A stretch of DNA of 64,000 nt from positions 186,001-250,000 of the forward strand of contig CAJNYD010000014.1 in the NCBI GenBank assembly GCA_905331295.1, written 5' to 3'. Of the stretch, positions 25,701 through 39,404 are shown piece by piece. Numbering within the stretch: the stretch's first letter is position 1; each line of letters starts with the position of its first letter. Source of the stretch: Rotaria socialis. Lineage: Eukaryota. The position numbers and the translations under genes are program-made. The notes below the pieces were generated by a model. It searched no databases, had not been told where the DNA came from, and was given only the letters and a program-made list of their open reading frames with translations.

Positions 25701-26619
25701 TCCACATCATTCTTCAATGGATACTGATTCTATACCTGTTATGATTCGACGTCCACCAACAAATGTGCAACCACCAAATTTTGGCAAAAATGATCCTATA
25801 CCTACAATATCTAATGGTCAGCCAATAGATATGAATGATAATTATACGCGACGAAAATCATTTGACATTACTCAAAGATTAACATATCGTAAAGTAATGG
25901 AACGTGTTATAAAACGATTTCTTTTACATAAACAACGTGAAGAACAAGATGAAATTCGTGAAGGTGATTTTGAAGAACTCAAACAAGATATTCAAATGTT
26001 GCGCTTTGAAATGATGAATCGATTGGATGAAACACGTGATGATTTAGCTAGAAATAGTCTTTTATTAAATGAAGGCGTGCTTGTTGTGGGAGAATTATTA
26101 TCGTCATTAACACGGGAAACAAATCCATTAATAAAAGAAAATTTTTATTCATTTAAAAAGAAATTTTTTTCAACATTAGATCAAATCCGTTTAATTGACA
26201 GTGGAATAGAATCAAGTGACACAACAACATCGACAAATACAGCATCAGCTCTCAGTACAACATCAATGCCTAATTTAATAAATCATTCAAAATCATTACA
26301 AATGATGTCAACATCGACTTCTGAACCGTCTTTATCAACAGATAAACCAAACGATTCGGATATGAATCCAGTACAACTTGTGAAACATTTAAGTGCAGCA
26401 CATATTACATTATCAAATATTGTAGAAGAAAATGAAGAAAACGACGATGAAAGCAAAACGACAGTAGTTGAAGAAAATGGGAATGACAGTAAAACGAAAG
26501 AAGTAGAAGAAATTGAAGTTGAAGTTGAAGCGCGTCATATATCAATTCAAACATCAATGCCGAATGAAGATGGAGATGAAGAAAAACCAAAAGATGACAT
26601 AACAGTTTTTAAACTATAA
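19779..26619 (+). CDS. TRPC: TRPC-family transient receptor potential cation channel (~13 exons)
   Basis: Ankyrin repeats (GRTAIRLAIENEHLE, DITPLILASQYN), PHDYHCKCQEC, SRLNAYRGLASE, LGPLQISLGRM, pore TVFWSLFG, VLLNMLIAMM, TRP box EWKFAR, LPVPFNIIP. Large intron 23299-25594. Confidence 0.95.
19875..19901 (+). repeat. (GGT)9 coding repeat encoding poly-Gly in the TRPC N-terminus
   Basis: Nine GGT units in frame. Confidence 0.9.
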
Positions 26620-26856
26620 ATATTCTTGTTGTTATATTTTGTTATACGGTGCTGCGAGCTTTTCATACTTCTTGTGCTTATCATTCTCTTACATTTTTAA
26701 AAATAAATTCATAAATCGTATCGATCATTCAAAATGATTTCATTTTTTTTTAATCGTAGAGAAAACATCGTAGCATAATTATTATAGTTATATAAAAAGC
26801 GACGTATAAAACTTTTATAATTATTCTACGGAAAAAATTACCTGGTTGTGTCTGTT

Positions 26857-27830
26857 TTAAACATTTTGATAATGAATTGTCTCTGATTCTAATCTAAACG
26901 ATGATTCAGTAGCATCTTCATTATCGAGCGTAGATTCATTGATTGGACATTCATCATCAGTTAAATACGTGGCAAAGAAGTCAGACATCAGCGGAACCAA
27001 AGTAGATATCGAAGAAGAGACATGATTGAAAGAAACACGACTGTGATTCGCGAACTTAATCAAAGAATATGTCAATTTAGCTAAATCTAAAGATTGGTTG
27101 ACACAAAAGTCCTCGGAGAAATCTGGATGAGTAGTGATTGGAATTGCTTGTAGATTGTACTGGAAAGAAATCTAGAACGACTTTTTCAATTTTTATGTTT
27201 AACATAAAAAAAAATAATTTAGACTCACCGTACTCGTGATATATTAGAACTAATTGCGTCACCTATCGATTCATCCAGATAATCAGCGACTACAACAGAA
27301 AGTTCATTATTTTCTGGTGTTGAAATCATTATCTGGTTGAGAAATTGTAGCCCGCTAATGAAATACTTTACTGATATCGTATAATATCATTTCTTGTCCG
27401 TTCATCGTATTCAGTAGTAATTTCATGGCTTTAGTCTACTTTTTTTTCATCCAAGAGCAAATAAAAACAATCGATACCGATTTTAGTTAACTTACCGAGA
27501 AGAACAATTTCCGAAATGCTCTTTAACGGTTCGAATTCTGCATGAATAGTCACTTTCATGAGAGCATTGGCCGCTCTTCTAAAAACGAATCTCATGATGT
27601 GTTCAACATAACTCCGAGTGTTCCTACGGTGAGTAATAGCTATTATATGACCTTTTGTCGTTATGACTATATCACCAAATAGAGTTAAATGCAGATAATT
27701 GTACAGTAGCTCATGTAAACGTTAATTGTTTTTCTCCATTTCCGTATGGACCATTTTACATTAAATTGGAATGCATTTACTCATGACAAAATTCTTTTTA
27801 TTGAGCTTCTTTTTAAGACTTAATGTCCAG
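26857..27830 (-). pseudogene. Probable decayed gene of unknown family, convergent with TRPC
   Basis: Exon-like blocks end in GTAAGT (~27495) and GTGAGT (~27228) donors. Last exon is open (ISFQYNLQAIPITTHPDFSEDF...IHYQNV*). Upstream blocks carry stops and frameshifts. Confidence 0.35.
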
Positions 27831-28651
27831 CAGACCGATTAATACGTATCAAAAAAAAATAATTAATTCAGAATGATCGCATGATGGCTGTACCAGGAGA
27901 ATAGAGAGAGAGAGAGAAAATGTGAGCAAGTGAGAAGAGAATAATGAAAAGTTGAAAGGAAAACGAAAGTGGTTGTGTGCACTTGGTACACATAGTCGAT
28001 TCCATGAGTAATAGCTGGATACTATACGATAGCCGAACAGGAGATTTATTTGTTCTTGTGTCTCCTCAGTGCTATAATCTAATCATCTGCGCTAGTATTG
28101 TTTGTATATTGATATGTTATCTGAATATTGCTCAATGGAAAAAGTAACGTGCATGGATGATGAATTTTGATTACTAGTAATTATTTTAAAATAAGCACAT
28201 CTGTACTGCGAATGAGTGCTTGCTATTCCAATATTGATCATGAAAATTAAACATACTCTGTGTTTACTTTGCACTTCCGATGTAATACAATACAAAACGC
28301 TTGTCGTTCAAAATAAACTAAAATATCACCCTGTCACCTCAAACAATCTTTTACACATCCAATATATGATCGTTCATCTTTTTGAACATCTTATATGATA
28401 TACAAGAATAATTTAAATTCAGCCAAACACGTACAAGTAGTCTGTATGAATGAAAGCTATTTAAATTGATCAACATCATTTGACATTGAAAGAAATATTT
28501 TTCTTTTATTCGTCACACATTCTATTTTCTAATGACACGTACTTCTTATCAATAAAAATAAATCAAGGACAAAATATTTTATAATGTTTGTCCAATTTAG
28601 AATAAAAGTAAATCATAAAACAAAGTGTCATCTTCATTTGTCTAGTTCAAC

Positions 28652-29966
28652 ATGAATATGAATTATAAACCATTCATAGAAGAAAAAACTAAACGAATAA
28701 ATAAAAAATTAAACTTTCAACGATGGTTCTATTCAATACTAGGAATTATAACTATTTCTATAATAGTTCTGCTTACTATTGAACAAATTCGAGATATGAA
28801 AAAAGAAAGTAATGAACTTGCAATTTGTCTGTTGCTTATTGCTCATTCAGGTTTGGTATCATAAGAATTATTTAAAAAATTAATAAAAACACGACTCTTC
28901 TATTTTCTATTAGTTGCGGTACTTGTTTCTATGCTATCAACAGCGATTTTCTGTCGTAAGTTGTCCAGAAATAAAAATAAATCAAATGATTTTGTTTTTC
29001 ACAGGCATTACCAATGCTGTTTTAACAACATTAACCATCATACTTCTATGTGCATGTACTGGTGCTCATTTCTACATTCGCTTTTCGTTATATCGTAACC
29101 AACCAAAAGAAGATTTACATTTAGTAGCCGTACGATAGCAATCATTCATGGCTCTTAAGAAAATTTTTAAAAAAGTTTTTTCTTTTCAATAGGTTCGATT
29201 AGGTTTTGTATTCATTTTATTAATCTTATTACTTCCATGGACGATTATTATGGTTCACGAATATCAAAAGAATATTTTGTACATTTATTGTTTTGATAAA
29301 TAAATAATATTGATTTAGTTTTCTTCTTTATTATAGGTCGGACAAAAGAATGCTAAATCCAAAATCAACAGCGTTTTCTTGGTTTTTATATCTTGATTTT
29401 CTATTAATAGTAAATAGAAAAAGACTGCTTAGAAGAAGAAAAAAAACAATGAATACATTTTTTTGCAGAGTTCTTTGATAATTTTAAACATTCGTAATCA
29501 ATCAAGCTTTGGTCTTTATCATATTCTCTTTTTATCAATCGGAATACTTCTGGCTTTACTATGGTTATATATGGGAATACGCATGGTAAGTAGGTTTTCT
29601 TCTTCTTTTTGTTATATATGAAACAAAATAAATTTTCAATTTTGATTTTTATCAATTTCAGACAGATAAGAAAACTCGTCATGGAGTATTCTCAACAATT
29701 TTTTATATTTTATCGCTATTACATATCATTTATTTAGGTCATAATATTTATGGAGTAAGTTCGTTTTTCCTTTTTTGATTCTATAGTAAGATATTTACAA
29801 TAATACGATGACTTTTTTTAAGGCCGTTACCGAATATAATATGCTATTAAAAACCAATGAATCAACATTATTTTCTTTACTTATTATAATATTTCTTTAT
29901 AATGGTACCAATGTGCTCATTCATATATTAACAATCCTAATTAGTTTTATTTTAATTGATATATAA
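28652..29966 (+). CDS. Uncharacterised multi-pass membrane protein B (8 exons)
   Basis: GT-AG introns of ~50-75 nt join an open hydrophobic frame, including SSLIILNIRNQSSFGLYHILFLSIGILLALLWLYMGIRM. Ends LIDI*. Paralog of gene A. Confidence 0.8.
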
Positions 29967-31641
29967 ATATGTAACGAATGTTTTATCTTTCTGGTTTAAA
30001 TAAATGAATAATAGTTATTTAAAATATTCTGGTGTTTGTCAATCAATCTCATTCTTTCTTTTTCTTTTTGTTGTCTATATGCGCAGCAAAGGCGTTATCA
30101 AAGATTTCTTCTGAACGAGTGATTCTATCTATGCTAATCGAAGGAAGTCGTCATGATGCAGATAATGATCATCTTCGTGTCGTCTTTTCTTCTCATTTCT
30201 GCTTTTTGTTGTGTTGTTATTAGTATTCTTCTGCTGCTCAGTTGACTGGCGAATTATCATAATAACTCGACTGATTCTATGAATGACACCCGAAGTTTTA
30301 CATTTATATATACGTATTTGTAAATGTGTATGTGATCGAGTTTCAAAAGAAACCCAAAGCATTCCCACATAGTTAGATACAAGAAGAGACAAGAAAGAAA
30401 GAAGCCATCGATTCAGTTGCTATTTTGTTCGTTTTTTCTCCTATCGGATAGGATAACTTTGGTTGATCTTGGAAAATATTTTTACGTAGAACTAAAAGGC
30501 AAGTATTATTCAAAACGACTAGTCTTAAGACGACTACAAGAGTATTGGTTTGAGTATAACAAGATCAATTGTTAATATTTTATTTAACAAATTATGATTC
30601 TTATATTTATTTAATTATAAATATATGCTTTTGCATAGTTTGATACAAAAAATTAATTAATATTACTTGTCTTTTCATTCTTGATATTGGTTTTACACAG
30701 AGATCTTCTAACAATTTTCTTTAAGTATGCGTGTTTATGTTACCCATATAGTCGTTCAAAAAAAATACAGGAAAAAATTTCTAATCAATTTTTTCTTCGC
30801 TTCTTCGGGTCTACGTTCCATTATCAAAGTAACATGCGTTCATACAACGGATTCATTTAAAGACGTCATCGTCTTCGTCTGTCACATATTGTGACGGAAC
30901 AAACAAAATCTACTTGGAACTACATTGTCAATTTGCGCATTTTTCCATATTTTAATTTTGACGTGTGTATATAGGTCTGTATTTGGCATTTCTTTTCTTA
31001 TTTTTTCCCTCTCATGCTTTTCTTTCTCGTTGTCAATGAATGCATAAATAGTAAATCATGGTTTTGAACTAGAGTGAGCCCTATTGCAATCGTAATGCAA
31101 TGCGTCTTGATGGTGTCTCAATATATGGCATAGAACAAAGACGAGCGACACGAGAGAACAATTATATCGATAAACACGTTAAACGACATTTTGACGGTTA
31201 AAAAAGAAAGAAAAACGCCATCGGTCCGAATTTTGACATCAATTGTGGTCTTGCCGGAAGTCCATCTATCGATCACAGAGAAATGCGAGCAAAAGCAAGA
31301 ACTCTGCAAACAAACAAACACTTATCATCATCATCATCATCATCTTTTTCTTTTTATTATTCGATGTCTCTCTCTCTCTCTCTCTCTTTCCAACTCTTCG
31401 TCTACTTATATTCATTATGTGCGTATAAAGGTTAAATCCACTGAAACATCTTTTTTTCTCGTCTAGTAGTAATCTATTATTTTATAACAGATTGATCGTT
31501 TATTGCCCTAACCCTATTATATATATATATATATCCCACATATTATTAAAAAATACCAGAACCGTTTGTTTCCACATCATCATTGATAGTTCATTTTGTT
31601 TTTCTCTTCAGTTAAACAAAAAACATCATTATTCAAATAAA

Positions 31642-33977
31642 ATGTCTTATGAGACTATTCAACTTTTAAAAGAGTTTTGGTATAAATGGCGTTCATCACG
31701 TGTACTTATTTTATTTATTGTCTTTGTTGCTTTATTTCTCGATAATATGCTCTTAACTACAGTTGGTAAGTTGTGTAATATTTTTTTTTATAGCAATTTC
31801 ATCTAATCTTTATTTTCCTATTAAAAAACAGTTCCTATTGTACCTGAGTATCTTTATCGACTTCAACATCCAAATGACACGGTAGATGATACATACAAAT
31901 TTCTAGCAAAAAACTGTTCAAATAGAGAAATTTTTAAACATCGAAGTTATTTTGTTCGACATCCAACTGAATTTCGAGCTGCACTTAATACGTCGTGTAT
32001 GTGGAATATTGGTTGGGCTTTGAATCAAACAGAAGTGCAAAATGCACAGAGATCAATTATTTTACAACGGGTAAGAAATCGTTTCCTTTATATATCCTCG
32101 TTTATATTTACACGAGTTCGATAATACTTTATGCTAATGTTCAATAGCAACGGAAATGAAAAAAAGGAATAGGGAAAAATGAAAAAAAAAAAATGTCTTA
32201 TTCTTCTCTGTTTGAGTCATTTCATTTTTTTTTCAAATAAAGGAAAATCGATGGATTGGACTAATGTTTGCATCAAAAGCGTTTGTTCAATTATTAACAA
32301 ATCCATTTATAGGACCATTAACAAATCGGTAAAACAAAAGAAAATAGCTACTTGAGAAAATTACCTTTGTATTATTGTCTTTTTCTTTGTACAATAGAAT
32401 TGGCTACAGTATTCCAATGTTTACAGGATTTGTTATCATGTTTATATCAACGCTTAGTAAGAATTTGGGAAGGAAGGCGCGGAATAGAAAAAAAAGGATT
32501 TTTTTCTTCTAGCATTTGCTTTTAGTAAAAGTTTTGGTCTATTATTTCTTGCTCGAGCAATACAAGGTGTTGGCTCTGCTTGTTCCAGTGTATCAGGTAA
32601 ACATGAACAAAGCAAACAGGATATAAGCAATTATGTAACTTTGTTTAGGTCTTGGAATGTTGGCTGATCGTTATCCAGATGATGAAGAACGCGGTAAAGC
32701 GATGGGAACTGCCCTAGGCGGATTAGCTCTTGGAGTTTTAGGTACGTTTTCTTTTTGAAATTAATTTATTGATTTAAATATCTTTGATTCAGTTGGTCCG
32801 CCGTTTGGAGGATTTATGTATGAATATGTAGGCAAAGCATCACCATTTTTAGTCCTAGCAGCACTAGGTTTATTTGATGGATGTAAGACTTGACTTATTT
32901 TTGGTTTATTAATATAAAATCAATTTCTTTTTACGAATAGTATTACAATTAACAGTATTACAACCAGGTGTATCCGGTGAACCAGTTGAAGGCGCTTCGC
33001 TTCGTACACTCATTAAAGATCCATATATTCTTCTAGCGGCTGGTAAAGGAAAAACATATATAGAAAGTTTTATTATATTTATTTATCATAAAAAAATGAT
33101 AGGCGCAATCTCGTTTGGTAATGTTGGCATTGCAATGTTAGAACCTTCATTGCCCATATGGATGATGGCAACAATGGGTGCAAGTGAATTTCAAACAGGT
33201 AGAATAATATTGATTCATTTGATAATATACAAATATGAAAAACGAAACATTTAGGAGCTGCATTTTTACCTGCTTCGATTTCATATTTAATTGGCACAAA
33301 TTTATTTGGTCCCATGGCTCATAAAATAGGAAGGTTTGTGTAAAAAAAAAAAGAAATCTTTTTTCTCTCTCTCACCATAAATATTTCTAGATGGTTATGC
33401 TGTATGATTGGCATGTTTCTTATATCCATAGCCTTAATTGGTGTACCAATGGCTACAAGTATGTATGGTTTAATTATACCAAATGGCATTCTTGGGTTTG
33501 CTATCGGTATGGTTGATTCATCCATGATGCCAACAATGGGCTATTTGGTTGATATTCGTCATTCGTCTGTTTATGGGAGTGTTTATGCAATTGCTGATGT
33601 TGCATTTTGCCTTGGTTTTGCCATAGGTAAATTTATTATTATTTTTCTTCGCAATATATATATATATATATATGTTATTATTATTGTTTTAATTTTTCAA
33701 GGCCCTGCCTTAAGTGGTTTCATAGTACAAGCATTTGGTTTTCGGGCTATGCTTTACGCCATTTCATTTATTTGTCTTTGCTATGCGCCATTGATGTTGT
33801 TTTTACGAAATCCACCAGCAAAAGATGAAAAAATAGTAAAATTTAATTTAAAAGAAAGTTTCCTCATTGATCTATATAAAATTTGATTTTTTTTTCTAGT
33901 CATTAATTATGAATGAAAATCATAACTCATTTTCTTATACACGCAGCAAATCACTTGATAATGAAAACGGCTATTGA
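31642..33977 (+). CDS. VMAT: Vesicular monoamine transporter (SLC18A1/2-like, MFS)
   Basis: [94 protein letters not shown]. Confidence 0.93.
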
Positions 33978-34154
33978 AATTACAAGATAACAATGACAAA
34001 CTTTATTGATTTAGTAAAACAAAGAAGGAACTAAAAACCTTTTTGCTCTAGTTGTGTGCGATGATTATAAAAGAAAAGAGATTTTTGATAAAAGTTGCCT
34101 GTCGGTAAAAGTATAAGAATAAAATAAATATATAAATTCATACGCAGATAATAA

Positions 34155-35075
34155 ATGTCGGCGAATGAAAGTCTTCAATGGACACGCATAGAAACAGTTA
34201 ATAGACCACCGCAACCACGTAGTGGTCATAGTGCTGTTATTTATAATGGTTCTATGTATATATTTGGTGGTTTAGGTGAGCATCGACATAATGATTTATT
34301 TAAATTTGATTTTGATACACATACGTGGACGGAAATAAAAGCTAAGGATGAATCAAAATTACCATCAAAACGATTAAAACATAGTGCTTGTATTTATGAT
34401 AATATGATGTATATGTTTGGTGGTTGGGATTCATCAGGTAAACTAAATGACATGTATCGATATATATTTGATAAAAATGAATGGGAAACAGTTCGTTGTA
34501 CAAATCCGCCACGTGCGCGTAGTGCACATTCTGTTGCTATTTATCAAAATGCAATGTATCTATTTGGTGGGATTGGGGATAATAAATTTAATGATATGTA
34601 TAAGTTTTCTTTTAAAACAAATCAATGGTCAACGGTTAATCAAAAAAATCCACCGCCACGTCGAAGTTCATATGGTGGCGCATATATATATAATGATCGT
34701 CTTTATATTGTATGCGGTTTAGGTTGTGGAAAATTTAATGATTGTCATTCTTTTGATTTTCGAACATTAGAATGGACAGAATTAATATATAGTAATGATT
34801 CACGTGTTACACCAGCTAAACGTGGACGTCATGCCTGTATGTTGTCAGGAGACAATCTTTATATGTTTGGAGGTTATGTTGGTATAGAACGAAGTAATGA
34901 ATTATTCGTGCTTAATCTTCGACTAAATAAATGGGAACAATTAAAGTTAAGTTCAAATGTACCAACACCACGTGAAAGTCATAGTGCAGTTTTATATGAT
35001 GGACATATGTGGCTATTTGGTGGATGGCAAGGCCATGGATGGTATAATGATGTCTATACACTTGGGCCGGTTTGA
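34155..35075 (+). CDS. Intronless six-bladed Kelch-repeat protein (306 aa)
   Basis: Six repeats of PxxRxxHS..Y...MYxFGG...NDxxxFxF....W with no other domain. Confidence 0.92.
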   Translation: MSANESLQWTRIETVNRPPQPRSGHSAVIYNGSMYIFGGLGEHRHNDLFKFDFDTHTWTEIKAKDESKLPSKRLKHSACIYDNMMYMFGGWDSSGKLNDMYRYIFDKNEWETVRCTNPPRARSAHSVAIYQNAMYLFGGIGDNKFNDMYKFSFKTNQWSTVNQKNPPPRRSSYGGAYIYNDRLYIVCGLGCGKFNDCHSFDFRTLEWTELIYSNDSRVTPAKRGRHACMLSGDNLYMFGGYVGIERSNELFVLNLRLNKWEQLKLSSNVPTPRESHSAVLYDGHMWLFGGWQGHGWYNDVYTLGPV

Positions 35076-35940
35076 TTAAGATGCTTATAAAATAAATGCT
35101 TGCCAATAATATGAGTGACTTTTTTTAAACTTTTCTTTTCTAATGATTTTAATAAATTTTAAGTGAAATAATACATTCTATTATTTGTGTTATTCAATTC
35201 TATGCCTATTGGCGATTCAATTAGTTTCAATTTAATCTATTGCACGAATGTCCCAGTACAAAATAATCGGTGATTTGCTGTCCTTCCAAAAGTAAATGGT
35301 TAGATCCTGAAGCCAGAAAGAAGAAAAGAGAATTTTTCATTGTTTTCAAACTTATGTTCAGATTTTTCTACTAGAGTAAAATTGAGCAATCATCAAGAAG
35401 TTACGATGAAAAAGAGCAAAATTATTTACGTGTGTGTGTTCAAACCAAAAATAGAACAGTCCTCAATTCATATTTGACAATATCTTTAATTGAACATTAC
35501 TCAATTTTATACTAAATTTTCGTAGGCATTGTTATTTTGGAGCACGTGTTGGTTTAAAGAACTATTTCTTCACATAAAAGAAAAACAAAATAGTACGAAT
35601 AGTATTGCAAAATTGATTCATTAAAAACTATTCCGCAGATATAATATGATGAATGTTCATTGAAACTAATCAGATAATAGCTGTTCAATTTTACTCCAAA
35701 AGAGATTCCCAGAAACTATTTGGAAATAATGTGAAAATGTCATAATTCTATCTCTGAAGCAAGAAGTTGCCTTTGAATGCCAGAAAAATAAATGAATATT
35801 TGATGCCTGCATATTTTCAGCATAGATTAACATATTTCTTAAATTGTCATCTTCAGTCAACTATATTTAAACTATTGTATGAATAAATATAAAAAAAACA
35901 CATGTTAGTATATACATAACAAAACAAACTTAATTGTAGA

Positions 35941-37115
35941 TCATTGTAAAAGAATGCCTACCATCATAGAAAAAAATATAAAAACATACGAATATAAATG
36001 GAAGATTCCGATTGCATTATTATATGATCGAATATAAGAACCAGGCCGTAATTCAACCCAAGCACTAGCTTGTCGTTTACTTTCATCCATTACAATTAAA
36101 GTATATACACCAAAATCACTTGGTTCAACATTCTTTATAATTAATCCACTAACATAAGAACTATCGATTGAATCTGCTGCAACATTCGTATCAATACGAT
36201 ATTTTATTCCAGTTGTAATTGCACGACGAACATTAGTATTTCCTTGAGAAAATTCCCATTTCAATATATTCATTGGATATGCTTCACCTTTACAAGTTAT
36301 TTCAGCGTCAGCATTAATATTTGGCACTTGTTCAACAACAACTTGCTCGCATCTAACAGTTGGATCAAAATCAACAAATATATTAACATAATTTTCGGCT
36401 GTTAATTTTTTTCCTGTTTGTTGCTCAGCAACACATTTATATAAGCCACGGTCATCTTTACTTACACTTTCAATTCTATAGATGCTACTATAGGATGTTG
36501 GATATTCTTGGCCTTGTCGTGTCCACATCAACAATGGTGGCGGATTACCGTACGCACGACATTCAAGCGTAACTGGATCACCAGCACGTACTCGAACATC
36601 AGGAGTTACAAAAGAAATTGATGGTGGTACGAGAACATTGACCGTATGCTCGAGACGCACTTGTGCTTCAGTATTTGCCAATTCACATCGAACAACACCA
36701 GAGTCAGATTCTTGTGCAGGACGAAAAACAATTTCGTAGACTTCTTCAGATTCTTTTCTTGCACTTACACGACCACTTAAAGTATCACGAACAGAACCAC
36801 CAAATGCTAATATGCGAAAATCACGATCTTGACCTGTAATATAATAATAAGAATAAAACATTTATATCAAATAGATTCTCTGTGTTTTTTCTTAAATCAT
36901 TTATTCTTACTGGATCGTCTTATACTCCATAATACTTGTGTTGGATATTGTGCAAATGGATCGACATTTATTAAAAAACAACGAATTTTTAAACTTTCAC
37001 CAACATTAGGATTCGGTGGGTCAGCTTCAATTTTTTGTATCTGTACAGAACTTTGTTGGCAAGAAAATTCATGAATTAAAATAACAAATAATACGAGTTG
37101 CTGTATTAAATGCAT
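35941..37115 (-). CDS. Lachesin/amalgam-like Ig-superfamily cell-surface protein (3 Ig domains)
   Basis: Signal peptide MHLIQQLVLFVILIHEFSC, intron ~36834-36910, Ig motifs (DSGVVRC, LECRAYGNPPPLLMW, DRGLYKC, DFGVY) and a hydrophobic C-terminal tail compatible with a GPI signal. Confidence 0.8.
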
Positions 37116-37463
37116 CTAAAAATGAAAATCATTAATTTAATTATTCTTATACCAATACAATACACAAATTATAAAAGCATGGAATAGATTAACAAGAATT
37201 GTTTTTTTTTTATTAATTGTTTTTCGAAGAAAGAACAAAGAAGAGAAAAAAATAATAACTAGTCTTGAGATAAGAAAAGTGATCTTGATTGAATAATCGG
37301 TACGTGATATGACTTGAGACTATTTAAATAAAATGCGAGAAACCAACAGAAGTAAGAGGCAATGCTTAGATAATTGTAGTAATAATATAATAATATAATA
37401 ATAATAATAATAATCATATAAATAATCACAATTTTCTTTCGGAAATAAACAGATCGAATTAAA

Positions 37464-39157
37464 TCATACATTAATTTTATTAGCTTCAGGTAAATAGGCT
37501 TCCCATACTTCTAAGATCTTTTCTTGTTGTTGCAATAATTCTTTTAAATAACTATCAATCGCCTTTTTAAAATCTTCAACACGTGCTTTTTCAAAAACAT
37601 CTAATTCTTCCCGAAGCGATGTTGATATACGTTCAAAATCTTCTTTATGATGTATAACTTTTCCTTCCCATTCATTAATTTCCATTTCAGTTTGTGGTAT
37701 TTTATCGGCACCTTTTGGTGTTTGTTCTAATTTAGTTTTTGATTCACGTTTTTTTCTTAAGGTTTCTTCGGCACTTAACCATTGTTGATGAATTTTAATA
37801 CGTTCTTGAAATGCTAATTGTACCATTTCTAGTAATGAGAGATATTCTTTAATTAATTCAATAATAATCGAATATTCTTTCATTGAATGATCAATATTAA
37901 TTTGTTCGAGTTTTTCTTGTACATTGGCTAATTCAATTAATGCACTTGATAATAATGTATGTTCTTCTATGGTTGCTAGATGATTTAATGATGTTGATAG
38001 AGTTTTCAAAGCTTGAGCAGCGTCTTTACGTTGACTAAATAATGTATTAAAATGATTATGTAAATGCTTAAAATTCGAATGTAAATCAAGAATAGACGTA
38101 TGTTGTTCTTCAAACCATTGATCTTGTTCACCTGTTTTAGTTGTTAGTTTAGTAACTTGTTGCGAAATATTTGTTAATGCACGTAAAACACCAGCACCAC
38201 TTAATGCTTGAGTATTCGTTGATTTAGGTAATTCTGTTGGCATTTCAATAAATTCACGAAAATCAGGATCTTGAACTAGTTTACTATGTCGTGCTAAACG
38301 ATTTAAATAGCGTTCTAATTGCGAACGACGACGATCAATAAAATCTGTTGGTATTGCTTCATCTTTAGATATTTTAACTTTAGCCATGACAAATGTATCC
38401 TTTTCCGGTGGACATGGAATAACTACACCTAGTTGAAGATGTTTATGAACAAGTTTATTATGTAAACCAAGAAAATCACTAAAACGGCGATTAACAAAAA
38501 ATTCACTTTTTTTAAACATTGCCAATGTGGTTTTTGTTGTTATACGATATGTCATATATGATGACATGCCCTAGGAATATTAGGATAAACATTAAAGAAA
38601 AATCAAATTTATGAAAATCAATAAACGCATACTTCTCCAACTTTTGTTGGGTCACTAACAGTAATTTCAATATTATGTTCATCAGATTTTTTTTGTGCTG
38701 GTTTCATATTTAATGACAAAGCATTACTTCCGCAGTTAGTAGACTTCGACAATTGTGCAGATCCTGATGGTTGATTTTCGAGTGATGTTATGGAACGAAC
38801 AGATTGCGTTGTGGATGTATTTTTTTCTGTTGTATTAACATTTGAATCCTGTGAAAATAATGGAGCATCATTTTTTAGTGATGTTGTTAGCTGTGGATCT
38901 GAGACAACAACAGGTGTCACAGGTGGCATATTTAATGGTGTTTCATTATTCGTGGATGATTGATTGAGATTTGTTGACGATTTTTGTATTACAGATGATT
39001 CACCAAATGGATTCTCCTCCACATCATCATCTTCTCCGCTTAATGGAATGTCATCAGTTACTGGTAATGTCGCTGATTTAAACATTTGATCGTCATCTTG
39101 TGTATCATCATCACCAAAATCTGGCGGGGAATCACGATGTTTTTGGTCATGCGACAT
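37464..39157 (-). CDS. SNX2: Sorting nexin 1/2 (PX-BAR), 2 coding exons
   Basis: ITVSDPTKVGE/GMSSYMTYRI, RRFSDFLGLH, PPEK, RRSQLERYLNR, TQALSGAG and BAR helices ending WEAYLPEA. Confidence 0.93.
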
Positions 39158-39372
39158 GTTTCTAGTTTTATTTTCAAATTATTATATCTACAAAGTATTG
39201 AGACAATCACGAGATTTTTAAAAAGTTTCTTTTCTGGATAGTTTTTCTTTTTTTTTTCATTTTCATGTAAATTATGCATATGCAAAGAAGAAAAAACAGC
39301 TGCTGTCTGTCATATAATTTGAACTAGAGAAAAGTAAGTCAAGAAAGAGATAGAAGAAAGAAAAAAAGGAAT

Positions 39373-39404
39373 AAACAAACAAACAAACAAACAAACAAAC
39401 AAAC
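39373..39404. repeat. (AAAC)8 microsatellite, U-rich on the minus strand
   Basis: Seen directly. Confidence 0.9.
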
